Of a stretch of DNA of 64,000 nt, positions 54,776 through 64,000 are shown piece after piece. Within the stretch, counting starts at the first letter, position 1. Each line of letters starts with the position of its first letter. This DNA is from a virus (Duplodnaviria; Caudoviricetes), in the IMG/VR virus record IMGVR_UViG_3300015214_000031, positions 1 to 64,000 of that record. The stretch is one strand, 5' to 3'. The position numbers and the translations under genes were made by a program. The notes beneath the pieces were generated by a model. That model saw nothing but the letters and a program-made list of their open reading frames with translations, had not been told where the DNA came from and ran no database searches.

Positions 54776-57700
54776 TTATATTAAATTCCATTTAACTGAC
54801 CCAGGTTTTAGTGGTAAATATTTATATCCAACAATCTGCAAGCTTGCTGTTGGAGAAGAAGATCCATCTGCATAAACTTTATATGAATTCACCGACACAG
54901 CTTTTATATATAATGTTTTACCTACATCTACTTTCTCAAATGAAATATAGTATAATTCAGAATTATGAAAAACACAAAATTTATCATTAGAATGAGCAGA
55001 TTCTTGAGTGTCATTATATCCTCTTTCACAATTCAAAAATTTATGATTAATTACATCAATTCCAGAATAATATATTTCCTCACTTTCAATCCAAAATGTT
55101 CCAGAAGAAGGAAAAGAATCGTATAAAGTAGAATCATCATAACTAATTTCTGTTTCATCAATAGATATATCTGTAACAAGTTGAACACTTGCTGTTGGCA
55201 CATGAGATTGACCACTTGTTTCCCATACATCATTTTCATTCCAACGATAATAAATTTCTGCACCAACCCAAAATTGGGCATCTTCATCAGGTTTTTTAAA
55301 AGTAATATAAACTTTATTTAAATACGAATCTTCAAATAATTCAAGTCGTTCTACTTGACCTGGATTATTAAATTTATATTCATCTTTAAAAAAATATGAT
55401 ACTTGCTTATCAACTGAATAATCATGAAAAACATGTGGATTATACTCTACAAAATCTAACTTTGTTTCATAATCTTCCAACTCTTCCATTGTAACCACAC
55501 GAAATAGTTTAGCTTGCCAATTCATAATTGGATTTGTTATTCCAACTATATCGCCCTCACATAATGCTAAACCCAATATATCCGTCATATATGAACACTG
55601 ATATTCAGTGTAAGTATCATAATCACTTAAAAATTGACACATTCGTCTAGCCTGAGAATTTCTTTTTATTCCTGTCATAGAAAAAAACAGTTCTCTAATT
55701 TCATCTGTCTGCATAATATCAAAATGATCTTCATATTCAATAACATCTGTTCGATAACCATCTTCACGATTAATATATTCAACTCTTATTTTATTATGTT
55801 TTTCCTGAGCACTTCTTTTTGAATATTGAAAACTATTTTTCTTAACATTGTCTTTAGTTAAAACAACATTTGATCCTTGAGGAATTACCTGTGAAAAATC
55901 TTCATAAACTTCCAAATAAGTGGAAGTTTGATTTATTATTATAAACTCTATAGGATCATCTGGATTATCATCCTCTGAACCATAACCCCAATCCCCATAG
56001 GGTTTAGATCCATAAGTACCCATAATTTGTACCGTACCAGTATCACCATTCCAATAATCATCAGGATAGGAACTAAAATCAATATAAATTCTATTTAAAT
56101 AATCAGAATCATAATCATTAGTAACAAAATTAGCTGTATCATATCCTAAATAGATTACTGGTGTTTCATTATTTTTTTGAATTTTTACTTTTATCTTTCC
56201 ATCACAATAATAAAGAAATCCTCTACAAGTTTGTAAAATTTCATTAACTATGTCATAACCTTTTTTTCTCTGATCGAAAGCTTCTGAATAAGCAAAACGA
56301 GCTTCTAGTTCTTCAGTTTCAAAAATTTTCACTTCTTCCTGACAATAAAGATATTCAGTTCTCCATGTTCCAGTGGTATAAGGTGATCCATCAAATAAAT
56401 CAGTTGAAATTCCCATTCCATAACGATCATTTGTCATAAAATCATAACAAACCTCTATTGGATTTGCATCTGCACCCAATCCATTAAAATAATTCAAATA
56501 TTCAAACCAAGTGCTTGATGGATGGTATAATTCTACATCCATTACACAGCCACATAATCTATTTTTATATATTTCGTATGTATTAGATCCCCAATAACCT
56601 TGACCTGGAACTGGTAATAACTCAAGATCATCAGTAGAACCTACCCTCCATTTATAAACATACCTAGAATAAGTATTTGGACTTGCACCACCAGGATTAA
56701 CCACTGTAGTACATACAAATAAAACACCAGATTCATAACGACAGCAAACGCTGCTTACTTCAGATAATGTAAAGGAATGATTTGCTTTTGTAACCAATTC
56801 AATGCTACTAAAAGCCTCATCTATTTTATAAATATTGATATCTCTATAACTATTAGATCTTGTAACAACATAATAAAAATTATCTATTTTTATTGCTTCC
56901 ATCGGCGCTTCATTTGAAAAATCAAATGACAATTCTGCTATTTTTCCCGTTGCACCAGAATAACCCAATTTATAAGTAGAAACATGAGATACAGCATCAT
57001 AATAAGTAATACGCCACATTTTGGTGTAATAAAAATTATTATCTCCTGAATTAAAATTTCCTAAAGGACAATAATCATACCAATCCTCATCTATATAATC
57101 TTCATAACTTGGTGATCCTAACATATTTATAGGAATAGTATATAACCTATCCCAAGTACCATTATAAGCTCTTAATCTCAATAGAAAATTAAAACCATCA
57201 CATCTTAACCATTTGTATATATTTCCAGTAGAAACATGCCATTCCTCCATATCCAAACCATGATGTTCTACATGAACACCATTAATATGAAATACAACAG
57301 AATTTGGATATGTATAAGTTCCGGTAGTAAAATATAATATTGCAAAATAACCCAAATCAGGGGCCATTGTAACTACATTTCCATATGGAGTATAATTCCA
57401 AGAAGTATCTATATTCCATGTCTCTTCAATAGGATCTACATCATAAAGATAAATGACACCACTTTTAGTTAAAATCCATTTCAATTTTTGAACAGTTAAT
57501 GTATCATCTATAAAACCCTTAATTGGAATGTAATTAGAATAATTAACAATATCGAGTAGTTCTCCTATTTGAACCCAATCATCATATATCTCCTGACCAT
57601 AAGCCAATATTCCAGCTACTTCAGCAGAAACAGTTGGAACTTGATTTATTCTTCCTAATGAACCAGAAAAAAACAAATATGCTGTATTTCTCCAAGGTAT

Positions 57701-58237
57701 AGCACTTGCACTTCCTAATTCAGATAACACACTTACATCAATAGACTGATCTGAAGAACCTAAATATTGCTCATATGAAAAAAAATTTATTTTATCAATA
57801 ATGGAATTATCATCTTCAAAAATATCTAAAAATCCTAAAATTTCACCTTCAGAAAATCCAATAGCAAAATCTGCATTATAACTATAGCTTTCAAATTGAT
57901 CTCCTCCCATTCCTTTTCCACCAGTATAATTTTCACTAACAGAAACATTTCCAATATAAATTAAAGTTCCTGCATATTTATTTGTTCCATAACAAATGGG
58001 AACAGGAGCATTTCTTGTAAAATTATTATATTGAAGTTCTTCTGGCTCAGGTTTAGGTGCTTTTTTAGGATTAAAAAGAGAATAAAGCCAAAAACCAAAA
58101 GAAACAACAGCCATAAATGCTTGAGCGTAACCACCATATCCACCACCAGAACTTCCACCATAAGTATTGATTCCAATACCGGCATCCATTCCATAGCCAC
58201 CAGCATAACCTCCCCCACCACCAGAACCACCTGCCAT
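54776..58237 (-). CDS. Tail-tip hub / central fibre protein, paralog 2 (with ~370-aa insertion)
   Basis: Gly-rich N-terminus; PVP.CYG; ANP....DF.TN.RYG; RVEY.NR. Confidence 0.8.
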   Translation of the reverse strand: MAGGSGGGGGYAGGYGMDAGIGINTYGGSSGGGYGGYAQAFMAVVSFGFWLYSLFNPKKAPKPEPEELQYNNFTRNAPVPICYGTNKYAGTLIYIGNVSVSENYTGGKGMGGDQFESYSYNADFAIGFSEGEILGFLDIFEDDNSIIDKINFFSYEQYLGSSDQSIDVSVLSELGSASAIPWRNTAYLFFSGSLGRINQVPTVSAEVAGILAYGQEIYDDWVQIGELLDIVNYSNYIPIKGFIDDTLTVQKLKWILTKSGVIYLYDVDPIEETWNIDTSWNYTPYGNVVTMAPDLGYFAILYFTTGTYTYPNSVVFHINGVHVEHHGLDMEEWHVSTGNIYKWLRCDGFNFLLRLRAYNGTWDRLYTIPINMLGSPSYEDYIDEDWYDYCPLGNFNSGDNNFYYTKMWRITYYDAVSHVSTYKLGYSGATGKIAELSFDFSNEAPMEAIKIDNFYYVVTRSNSYRDINIYKIDEAFSSIELVTKANHSFTLSEVSSVCCRYESGVLFVCTTVVNPGGASPNTYSRYVYKWRVGSTDDLELLPVPGQGYWGSNTYEIYKNRLCGCVMDVELYHPSSTWFEYLNYFNGLGADANPIEVCYDFMTNDRYGMGISTDLFDGSPYTTGTWRTEYLYCQEEVKIFETEELEARFAYSEAFDQRKKGYDIVNEILQTCRGFLYYCDGKIKVKIQKNNETPVIYLGYDTANFVTNDYDSDYLNRIYIDFSSYPDDYWNGDTGTVQIMGTYGSKPYGDWGYGSEDDNPDDPIEFIIINQTSTYLEVYEDFSQVIPQGSNVVLTKDNVKKNSFQYSKRSAQEKHNKIRVEYINREDGYRTDVIEYEDHFDIMQTDEIRELFFSMTGIKRNSQARRMCQFLSDYDTYTEYQCSYMTDILGLALCEGDIVGITNPIMNWQAKLFRVVTMEELEDYETKLDFVEYNPHVFHDYSVDKQVSYFFKDEYKFNNPGQVERLELFEDSYLNKVYITFKKPDEDAQFWVGAEIYYRWNENDVWETSGQSHVPTASVQLVTDISIDETEISYDDSTLYDSFPSSGTFWIESEEIYYSGIDVINHKFLNCERGYNDTQESAHSNDKFCVFHNSELYYISFEKVDVGKTLYIKAVSVNSYKVYADGSSSPTASLQIVGYKYLPLKPGSVKWNLI

Positions 58238-58248
58238 TTTAAACTTCC

Positions 58249-60813
58249 TTATAAATTAGTTATTAAAGTTGCAGGAAGAGACTCAATAGACCATGAGTTT
58301 TTCTGATAAATTTTAAAAATTAAATCCTCATTATATGAGCCATTATCAGAAATATTATTAGCAGAAGTATACGTGTACGTTTCTGTAGAAGTATCAGTTA
58401 TTTCATATTCTCTCAATAATGATTCTGTTGCTTGGTCATAAATTCTTACTACATAACTTTCAACTCCCTCTAATACACCACCACCATAGCCTGAACCACC
58501 ACCATAAATATATCCATAACCTTTATTTATTCCATCCGTTGTTTTTCTCCATGTTAAAACGGCATCTTCACTTGCACTTAAAGAAGTTCCACTTTTTTGA
58601 CTATTCAACTCTAAAGTAGAAACCCTATTTGGACGATAATACAACCCATTAACAACAATTGAATCACTAGGAGCAAGGCTATGATCTGATTGCATATTAT
58701 AAATATTAACTGAATAAGCTTTAAAAGAAAGAGTCATTCCTATTTCTTCATCCAAATAATTATAAGATGGGGTATAAGTTTGTCTCAATACACAATACTG
58801 TGTAGCTAAATGGGAAGAAGGTAAAGTATCATTGTAACCTCTAATACATCCTGTAAATTGGCAAGCAACATCATCAATTCCAGAATAATATATTTCTTCA
58901 TCTTCTAACCAAAAAGATCCTACCGATGGAAACGAATCATACAAAGTGGAATCATCATATCCAATTACAGTATCAGAATTAGTTATTGCTCCACTCAGCT
59001 TCACACTAGGAGAAATTGTGTTAAATCTATCTAAATATTCCCAATCAGAGCCAATCCCTTTTTGAATATAAATTAAAGCACCGATCCAATAAGGATTATC
59101 ATCAGGACGTTTAAAAGTAATCATTATTTTTTTATTTAAACTGTCTTCAAAAACCATCAATCTTTCAGTAGAATCTGGTTTAGCATAAGGATTGGGCACA
59201 CTGAAACTTTCGGTAGGAATAATAGGATTTGCATTATCATGATAAACTGAAGGAACATATTCTATACAGGAAACTTTTACTTCATAATTTTCCATTTCTT
59301 CTAATGAAATAACTCTAAACAATTTTGCTGCCCAAGCAGGTCTAGCATGAGTTATTCCAATAATATCTCCAACAGTAAGAAAATAACCTAGAATATCCGT
59401 TTGAAAATCACATAAATAATTAATATTAATAGAGCTATCTAAAAAGAAACAAGCCATTCGTGCAGCTTGGGATTTTCTTTTTATTCCTGTCATACTAATT
59501 GTTTGTTCTCTAATCTCTTCCGTATCATTTATATCAAATGTATCATCTATTTCTACAAAATCTTGCCTATAAGAATCATCACGATTCAAAAATTCAACAC
59601 GAATCCTATTGCTTCTATCTCTTACAGAACGATATGAGTAATTAAATGTTCCTTTTGCAATATTTTCCTTTTTTATAAAAAATGAATCACCTATGTTTGG
59701 AGCAAAAGAAAGATTTTCATCCAAATCAATATATGTTGAGGTTTGATCTGTAACTACAAACATATAAGAAACAGATCCAATAGTTATCCATCCAATATCA
59801 CCAATCCAATAATCATCCACATAGGATGAAAAATCTGCATAAATTCTACTCACTGTTGAATTACTATTTACAGTAAAATCAATTTTATGGCTATCTGCAA
59901 AATAAAGAACAGGTGATTCAGAATTATTTCCTATTCTTATTTTTAATTTTCCTTCAGAAAGATAAATAAAACCTCTACAAGTTTGTAAAACATCTGTTAT
60001 AAGATCATAACCTTTTAATCTGTTGGTGAACGAATTTGAATATCTAAATCTTGGTTCAGTACCACCATTCCCATCACTCACCGTTACATCACAATAATCT
60101 GCTGCTGTTTTCCAAGATCCTGTAGTGGTAGGAGAACCATCAATTAAATCCGTTGAAACCCCTATTCCGTACCTTTTATTGGTTAAAAAATCATAAACTA
60201 CCTTTATTGGATTTGCATCATACTCACCTGTTTCAGTAAGTAAACCATTTAACTCACATGAATAAGTCGGTAATGAATTTGTTGTTCCTATTTTACCACT
60301 AACATATGCATATGCAGTATATATCCAAGGAATTGCAGGAGCATCGGAACCTGATAAATTTTCTAGAACATTTGAATTTATAGTTTGTATAGAAGTCCCA
60401 AGATAAGTAGTAATATCAATTTCCATTGTGTCATCATCATCTATTTCATCCAATGTTTTATCATTTATAAAATGTTTAACAAAAGCTTTTACTTCTCCTT
60501 CTGATAATGCACAGCAAAACTCAGCATAATACATTGCTGAATAAGAAGGATTTTTCTTATCTCCTACATTTTCCATTTCTACACTATTATCACCAATCCA
60601 AATTACACCACCATAAACTTTACACTGACCATAAACAATTGGAACAGGATAATTTCTAACATAGGAATTACATCCTAAATCTCCTAAAGGTGGAGGATCA
60701 GGAGGATCAGGAGGATCTAACCAAAGACCAATCATTCCTCCAATGGAAGCTCCAGCCGCACCACCAACCACATAACCAATAACTGAACCAATTGCCATGC
60801 CAGGACTAGCCAT
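58249..60813 (-). CDS. Tail-tip hub / central fibre protein, paralog 1 (GTA/lambda J-like)
   Basis: PVPIVYG; ANP..V.YDFLTN.RYG.G; RIRVEF.NR; follows NlpC/P60. Confidence 0.82.
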   Translation of the reverse strand: MASPGMAIGSVIGYVVGGAAGASIGGMIGLWLDPPDPPDPPPLGDLGCNSYVRNYPVPIVYGQCKVYGGVIWIGDNSVEMENVGDKKNPSYSAMYYAEFCCALSEGEVKAFVKHFINDKTLDEIDDDDTMEIDITTYLGTSIQTINSNVLENLSGSDAPAIPWIYTAYAYVSGKIGTTNSLPTYSCELNGLLTETGEYDANPIKVVYDFLTNKRYGIGVSTDLIDGSPTTTGSWKTAADYCDVTVSDGNGGTEPRFRYSNSFTNRLKGYDLITDVLQTCRGFIYLSEGKLKIRIGNNSESPVLYFADSHKIDFTVNSNSTVSRIYADFSSYVDDYWIGDIGWITIGSVSYMFVVTDQTSTYIDLDENLSFAPNIGDSFFIKKENIAKGTFNYSYRSVRDRSNRIRVEFLNRDDSYRQDFVEIDDTFDINDTEEIREQTISMTGIKRKSQAARMACFFLDSSININYLCDFQTDILGYFLTVGDIIGITHARPAWAAKLFRVISLEEMENYEVKVSCIEYVPSVYHDNANPIIPTESFSVPNPYAKPDSTERLMVFEDSLNKKIMITFKRPDDNPYWIGALIYIQKGIGSDWEYLDRFNTISPSVKLSGAITNSDTVIGYDDSTLYDSFPSVGSFWLEDEEIYYSGIDDVACQFTGCIRGYNDTLPSSHLATQYCVLRQTYTPSYNYLDEEIGMTLSFKAYSVNIYNMQSDHSLAPSDSIVVNGLYYRPNRVSTLELNSQKSGTSLSASEDAVLTWRKTTDGINKGYGYIYGGGSGYGGGVLEGVESYVVRIYDQATESLLREYEITDTSTETYTYTSANNISDNGSYNEDLIFKIYQKNSWSIESLPATLITNL

Positions 60814-61253
60814 TATGATTTAAATCCTTTATAAACTAAAAATTTATAAAATTTCTTATTCCAATATCTATGATCTAAACTGTCCGGTCTTACTTTCTTT
60901 CCAGATGGTGCGTGAATGAAACTTCTATTTCCTATGTAAATGCCGCCATGAGTAATCATTTCTTCATCAAAGCATTTAAAAACAACTAAATCACCCTTTT
61001 TAGGATTATCTGTAAAATCAAAATATTTTAATAATCCATCCAAATATCTCTGTTTATCAGCAAACCAGAACCAATTCACTTCATACTTTTTACCATCACC
61101 TTGAGGAAGATTTATTCCAGCACGATAATAAGCAAGCCAGCAGCAACCTTTACAATCCAATCCCCCTCTGGTCACTCCCATATGTCTAAACGGAATACCT
61201 ATTAATTTTTTAGCTTCCGTTACAATTCTTTCTCTTTGTTCTTCCTCACTCAT
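60813..61253 (-). CDS. NlpC/P60 tail-tip peptidase (gpK-like)
   Basis: G.PF.H.G....GLDC, GDLVVF, H.GIY.G...FIHA. Confidence 0.9.
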   Translation of the reverse strand: MSEEEQRERIVTEAKKLIGIPFRHMGVTRGGLDCKGCCWLAYYRAGINLPQGDGKKYEVNWFWFADKQRYLDGLLKYFDFTDNPKKGDLVVFKCFDEEMITHGGIYIGNRSFIHAPSGKKVRPDSLDHRYWNKKFYKFLVYKGFKS

Positions 61254-61321
61254 TTAATTAAAACTCCAAAAAACACAATCGAATAAAGATGTAAAATAAA
61301 AACCAACATAAGTACCTAAAA

Positions 61322-62155
61322 TCATATGACAGGTTGGATCGGAACATGAGGAAATCCACCATATGATAAGTAATTATCAAAATCATCCTGACAAGCAGTG
61401 GGATTCTTCTTACAAATCTTTTGAACAGTAAAAGTAGTACCTTCATCTGGTGTATTAGAAAGAGGAATCCGTAAAGTCACAGAAGAACTTGTAGAACTTA
61501 TTATTGGTCGTACTTCCCCCTCTAAAGTTCCAGAAGTTATTTCTACATAACCAGGAACAAAATAATCTGAATCATAACCACCATCCGTAAAATTTAATAC
61601 AGTTGTAGAAGATCCAGCCAAAGTAGTTAAAGATGCATCATAATCTCCCAATATCATCCCACAATAAGCATCACCAAATGTCCAATTACAACCTACTTGA
61701 AATATTCTTCTTGGATACTCTCTTTCAAATATTGGAAATGGTTTAACCTGAATATTTACCCAATGATCGTCACCACTAGGAGCATCCATGTAACCGTCAA
61801 AAACAGTAATCATATTTGAAGCATTTGTTAAAAACCCATGAAAAACAATTCCTAAAATGCATCTTTTTCTATTAAATGCACCTGAAGCAATTAATGTTCT
61901 AAAAGATAAATCAACATTGTCAAGAGAAATGGTCAATTCTTGAAGAATAGTCCCTTCCTCTGATTTTATTCCTGTTCGTTTAACTGCTAAAGCTGTATAA
62001 ACTTGACCTGCAAAAGTTATATCTTGAGTATTGGCTACATAAAAATGAGAAGGATCTGTATAAGGAGATTCTAAATATAACTTTGCTATTTGATAAGGTC
62101 TTGTATATAATTTATACAATTCTGGCTTAATAGCATCAGCAATGTTTCGTGACAT
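61322..62155 (-). CDS. DUF2163/BR0599-like tail-tip protein (gpL-like)
   Basis: CNW..GD..CG, GD.F....C.K....C..FDN...GGFPHVP. Confidence 0.85.
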   Translation of the reverse strand: MSRNIADAIKPELYKLYTRPYQIAKLYLESPYTDPSHFYVANTQDITFAGQVYTALAVKRTGIKSEEGTILQELTISLDNVDLSFRTLIASGAFNRKRCILGIVFHGFLTNASNMITVFDGYMDAPSGDDHWVNIQVKPFPIFEREYPRRIFQVGCNWTFGDAYCGMILGDYDASLTTLAGSSTTVLNFTDGGYDSDYFVPGYVEITSGTLEGEVRPIISSTSSSVTLRIPLSNTPDEGTTFTVQKICKKNPTACQDDFDNYLSYGGFPHVPIQPVI

Positions 62156-62167
62156 TCTATCAATTCC

Positions 62168-62515
62168 TTATGCAAATTGTTCTTCAAAAACAATGGTGAT
62201 TTCCCAAATATTGTTCATAATGCACACTTCAGAATAAGACTCATAAGCAACATAATATGAAGAATCATCACTTATATAACTAGGAACACTTGTCCAATTG
62301 AAGGGAGTTCCTTGACCATATTGACCTTTATAATGAGCAAGGAGTAAATCCCTTTCTGTTTTACTTTGTCCTCTAAAATAAAGTGTCCAAGTTCGTTTAG
62401 GATCTGTAGTTACAATTCTTCTTTTCTTTTTAAAACCCTCCATCTCAGTTGTCAGTACATTATACTGAGGAGTTCCAGGTTCTACTCTATGAGGAACATA
62501 AGCAAAATCTGCCAT
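62168..62515 (-). CDS. Distal tail protein (gpM-like)
   Basis: R.W.L.F, G....FNW; position right after the tape measure. Confidence 0.7.
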   Translation of the reverse strand: MADFAYVPHRVEPGTPQYNVLTTEMEGFKKKRRIVTTDPKRTWTLYFRGQSKTERDLLLAHYKGQYGQGTPFNWTSVPSYISDDSSYYVAYESYSEVCIMNNIWEITIVFEEQFA

Positions 62516-62526
62516 TTTTTATTCCT

Positions 62527-64000
62527 TTAATAAGCATTGCGGATATCTCTTCTAATTGCCTTATTATTTTTTAATGCCTTTCCAATCATTCCTTCTAAAA
62601 CATTTGAATTTTTCATAAGAAATTGAGTACCAGATTGAGTATCTATTGCCTGAAGATTAACATTTAAATGAATATTTGTTTGAGGCTCAACTTGTCCATT
62701 GTTTTTTCCATATTTAGATTTTGGCATGAACATCTCATCTTCTTTTTCCGCAAAGGAATAAGATGTTCCTGATTTCAAACCAACACCAAAAACAGGTTCT
62801 TTTAAAACACCACCCTCAGCAAAGCCTTTTCCTCCACTACCACCACTACTACCAAACATACTAAAAAGAGATCCTAGTATTCCCATTCCACCGCCCCCAC
62901 CACTACTACCGGAAAACATTCCAGAAAGACTAGAAAGAATGGTATCTAATCCAGTAGTGAGTGAAGAAAGGACGGTACTAAATCCTGTTTTTAAATGACC
63001 AAAAACCCCTGTAAATCCAGTTGAAAGTTTATCCCAAACCCCTCTTACTCCATTATTAAGATTAGCTGTAACTTTATCTGTCATTTGATTAATAGGTTCG
63101 GTTAATGCTCCTTGAGACATCAAACTTCGAATATTTGTAACAGTAACAGGAAGAGGACTGGTACTGGATATTCCAGAAAGAGATCCTTGATCTAAACCAC
63201 CATTTCCAAATATCTTCTGTGAAAGATCTGTCCCAATTTTCAAAGGATTCAATCTTCCACCCATAATTCCCTGAAATCCAAATATGCTATTCTGATTTCC
63301 TCCTGCACCATTCATCTGATCGAAAAGAGGCTGAATCAAGTTTCTTTTAATAAATGCTTCCATAACTTGTTTTGAAATAGATTCAAACAGATCTATTACT
63401 TTCTGCTTCCAACCCTTCATTTCAAAAAGAATGTCAGTAAGAGAAGATGAAATTGAATCAACCCATCCATCAGACATATCTTTCAAATCTTTAAAGAAAG
63501 GTTGCATTACTTCCTGTTTATGCTTTTCAGTCATTATTTCAAATAATTTTAATTGCCTCTCCCAATTAGCAATCATTGGTTTGTAATATTCTTCAGTTCT
63601 TGAATCTGCTGCCATTGCTAATTTAGCTTCTTCAATCTTTTTCTTAATCTCAGTAGCAAAATTATCATATGCAGCTTGTAGTCTTATCAACTCTGCTTGT
63701 TGCCTATCAGAAAAAACAATTGATTCACTAAGATAATCAGCTTCAATATCTCTTAATTGTGTGTATGCTTCAGATACTTTTTTAGTATAATTTAATTTTA
63801 CCTTTTCCAATTCAGTCTGTTTTGCTTTAGGAATCAAACCAGAAAGTTCTTTTGCCTTACCCTTACTGATTTCCCCACTTTGAGCCATCTTATCTATTTT
63901 TCTTTTTAAATCATCAAATCTTTCTTCAACTTTTTGAATATCTGAAAGTTCAAGACCAAGAATCTGTCTTCTCAAATCCAATTCATTATCTGCAATTTTC
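62527..64000 (-). CDS. Tape measure protein, C-terminal part (5' truncated by the window)
   Basis: Helical, then Gly-rich; FAEGG...PV; E..E...P; frame stays open to the window edge. Confidence 0.85.
   Translation of the reverse strand, partial: KIADNELDLRRQILGLELSDIQKVEERFDDLKRKIDKMAQSGEISKGKAKELSGLIPKAKQTELEKVKLNYTKKVSEAYTQLRDIEADYLSESIVFSDRQQAELIRLQAAYDNFATEIKKKIEEAKLAMAADSRTEEYYKPMIANWERQLKLFEIMTEKHKQEVMQPFFKDLKDMSDGWVDSISSSLTDILFEMKGWKQKVIDLFESISKQVMEAFIKRNLIQPLFDQMNGAGGNQNSIFGFQGIMGGRLNPLKIGTDLSQKIFGNGGLDQGSLSGISSTSPLPVTVTNIRSLMSQGALTEPINQMTDKVTANLNNGVRGVWDKLSTGFTGVFGHLKTGFSTVLSSLTTGLDTILSSLSGMFSGSSGGGGGMGILGSLFSMFGSSGGSGGKGFAEGGVLKEPVFGVGLKSGTSYSFAEKEDEMFMPKSKYGKNNGQVEPQTNIHLNVNLQAIDTQSGTQFLMKNSNVLEGMIGKALKNNKAIRRDIRNAY

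Noticed and set aside
807-58619. Numerous antisense or overlapping ORFs in the six-frame track (e.g. 807-1067, 6170-6409, 16742-17071, 21960-22409, 51847-52266)
   Set aside because: They lie opposite or out of frame to better-supported genes, lack an RBS, and show low-complexity shadow composition
60693-60718. ggaggatca repeats
   Set aside because: Encodes the PPDPPDPP linker typical of tail-tip proteins
1-64000. Genome-wide stop-codon reassignment
   Set aside because: TGA and TAG end many genes cleanly, with ATGA overlaps (e.g. 27211-27214, 28401-28404, 28970-28973); long core genes are intact in code 11
1-64000. Prophage or integrative element boundaries
   Set aside because: No integrase, att-like pair or host genes in the window; lifestyle cannot be determined from this fragment

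Overview
A 64-kb piece of an AT-rich tailed dsDNA phage genome (GC roughly 30% by eye). No integrase, CRISPR array or host genes were seen. It has three transcription blocks. (1) A short leftward arm (381-3083) of small unknown genes, richer in CG than the rest and sharing duplicated RBS/start cassettes. A ~1.2-kb non-coding stretch follows, carrying an array of TGGCAT-N5-TT motifs between divergent sigma70-type promoters. (2) A rightward early/middle block (4320-39040). It includes NADAR, an endonuclease V-like glycosylase, a UDG-fused family A DNA polymerase, and a Ycf46-like AAA ATPase interrupted at Walker B by a 310-nt group I intron, with DUF1257/DUF2997 neighbours. It also has UvsY, tRNA-Leu(UAA), gp32-like SSB, UvsX/RecA, a resolvase, split SbcC plus SbcD, an HslV-like protease, dCMP deaminase, a 5'-3' exonuclease, DnaB helicase, UvsW-like helicase, primase and a GH24 endolysin. 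(3) A leftward late block (39075-64000). In reading order: tape-measure C-terminus, a GTA/lambda-type tail tip with two paralogous hub proteins, lectin-like tail proteins, a 14-gene glycan-building cluster (glycosyl-, methyl- and sulfotransferases), and holin/lipoprotein genes. All product calls come from recognising motifs by eye; no searches were run.
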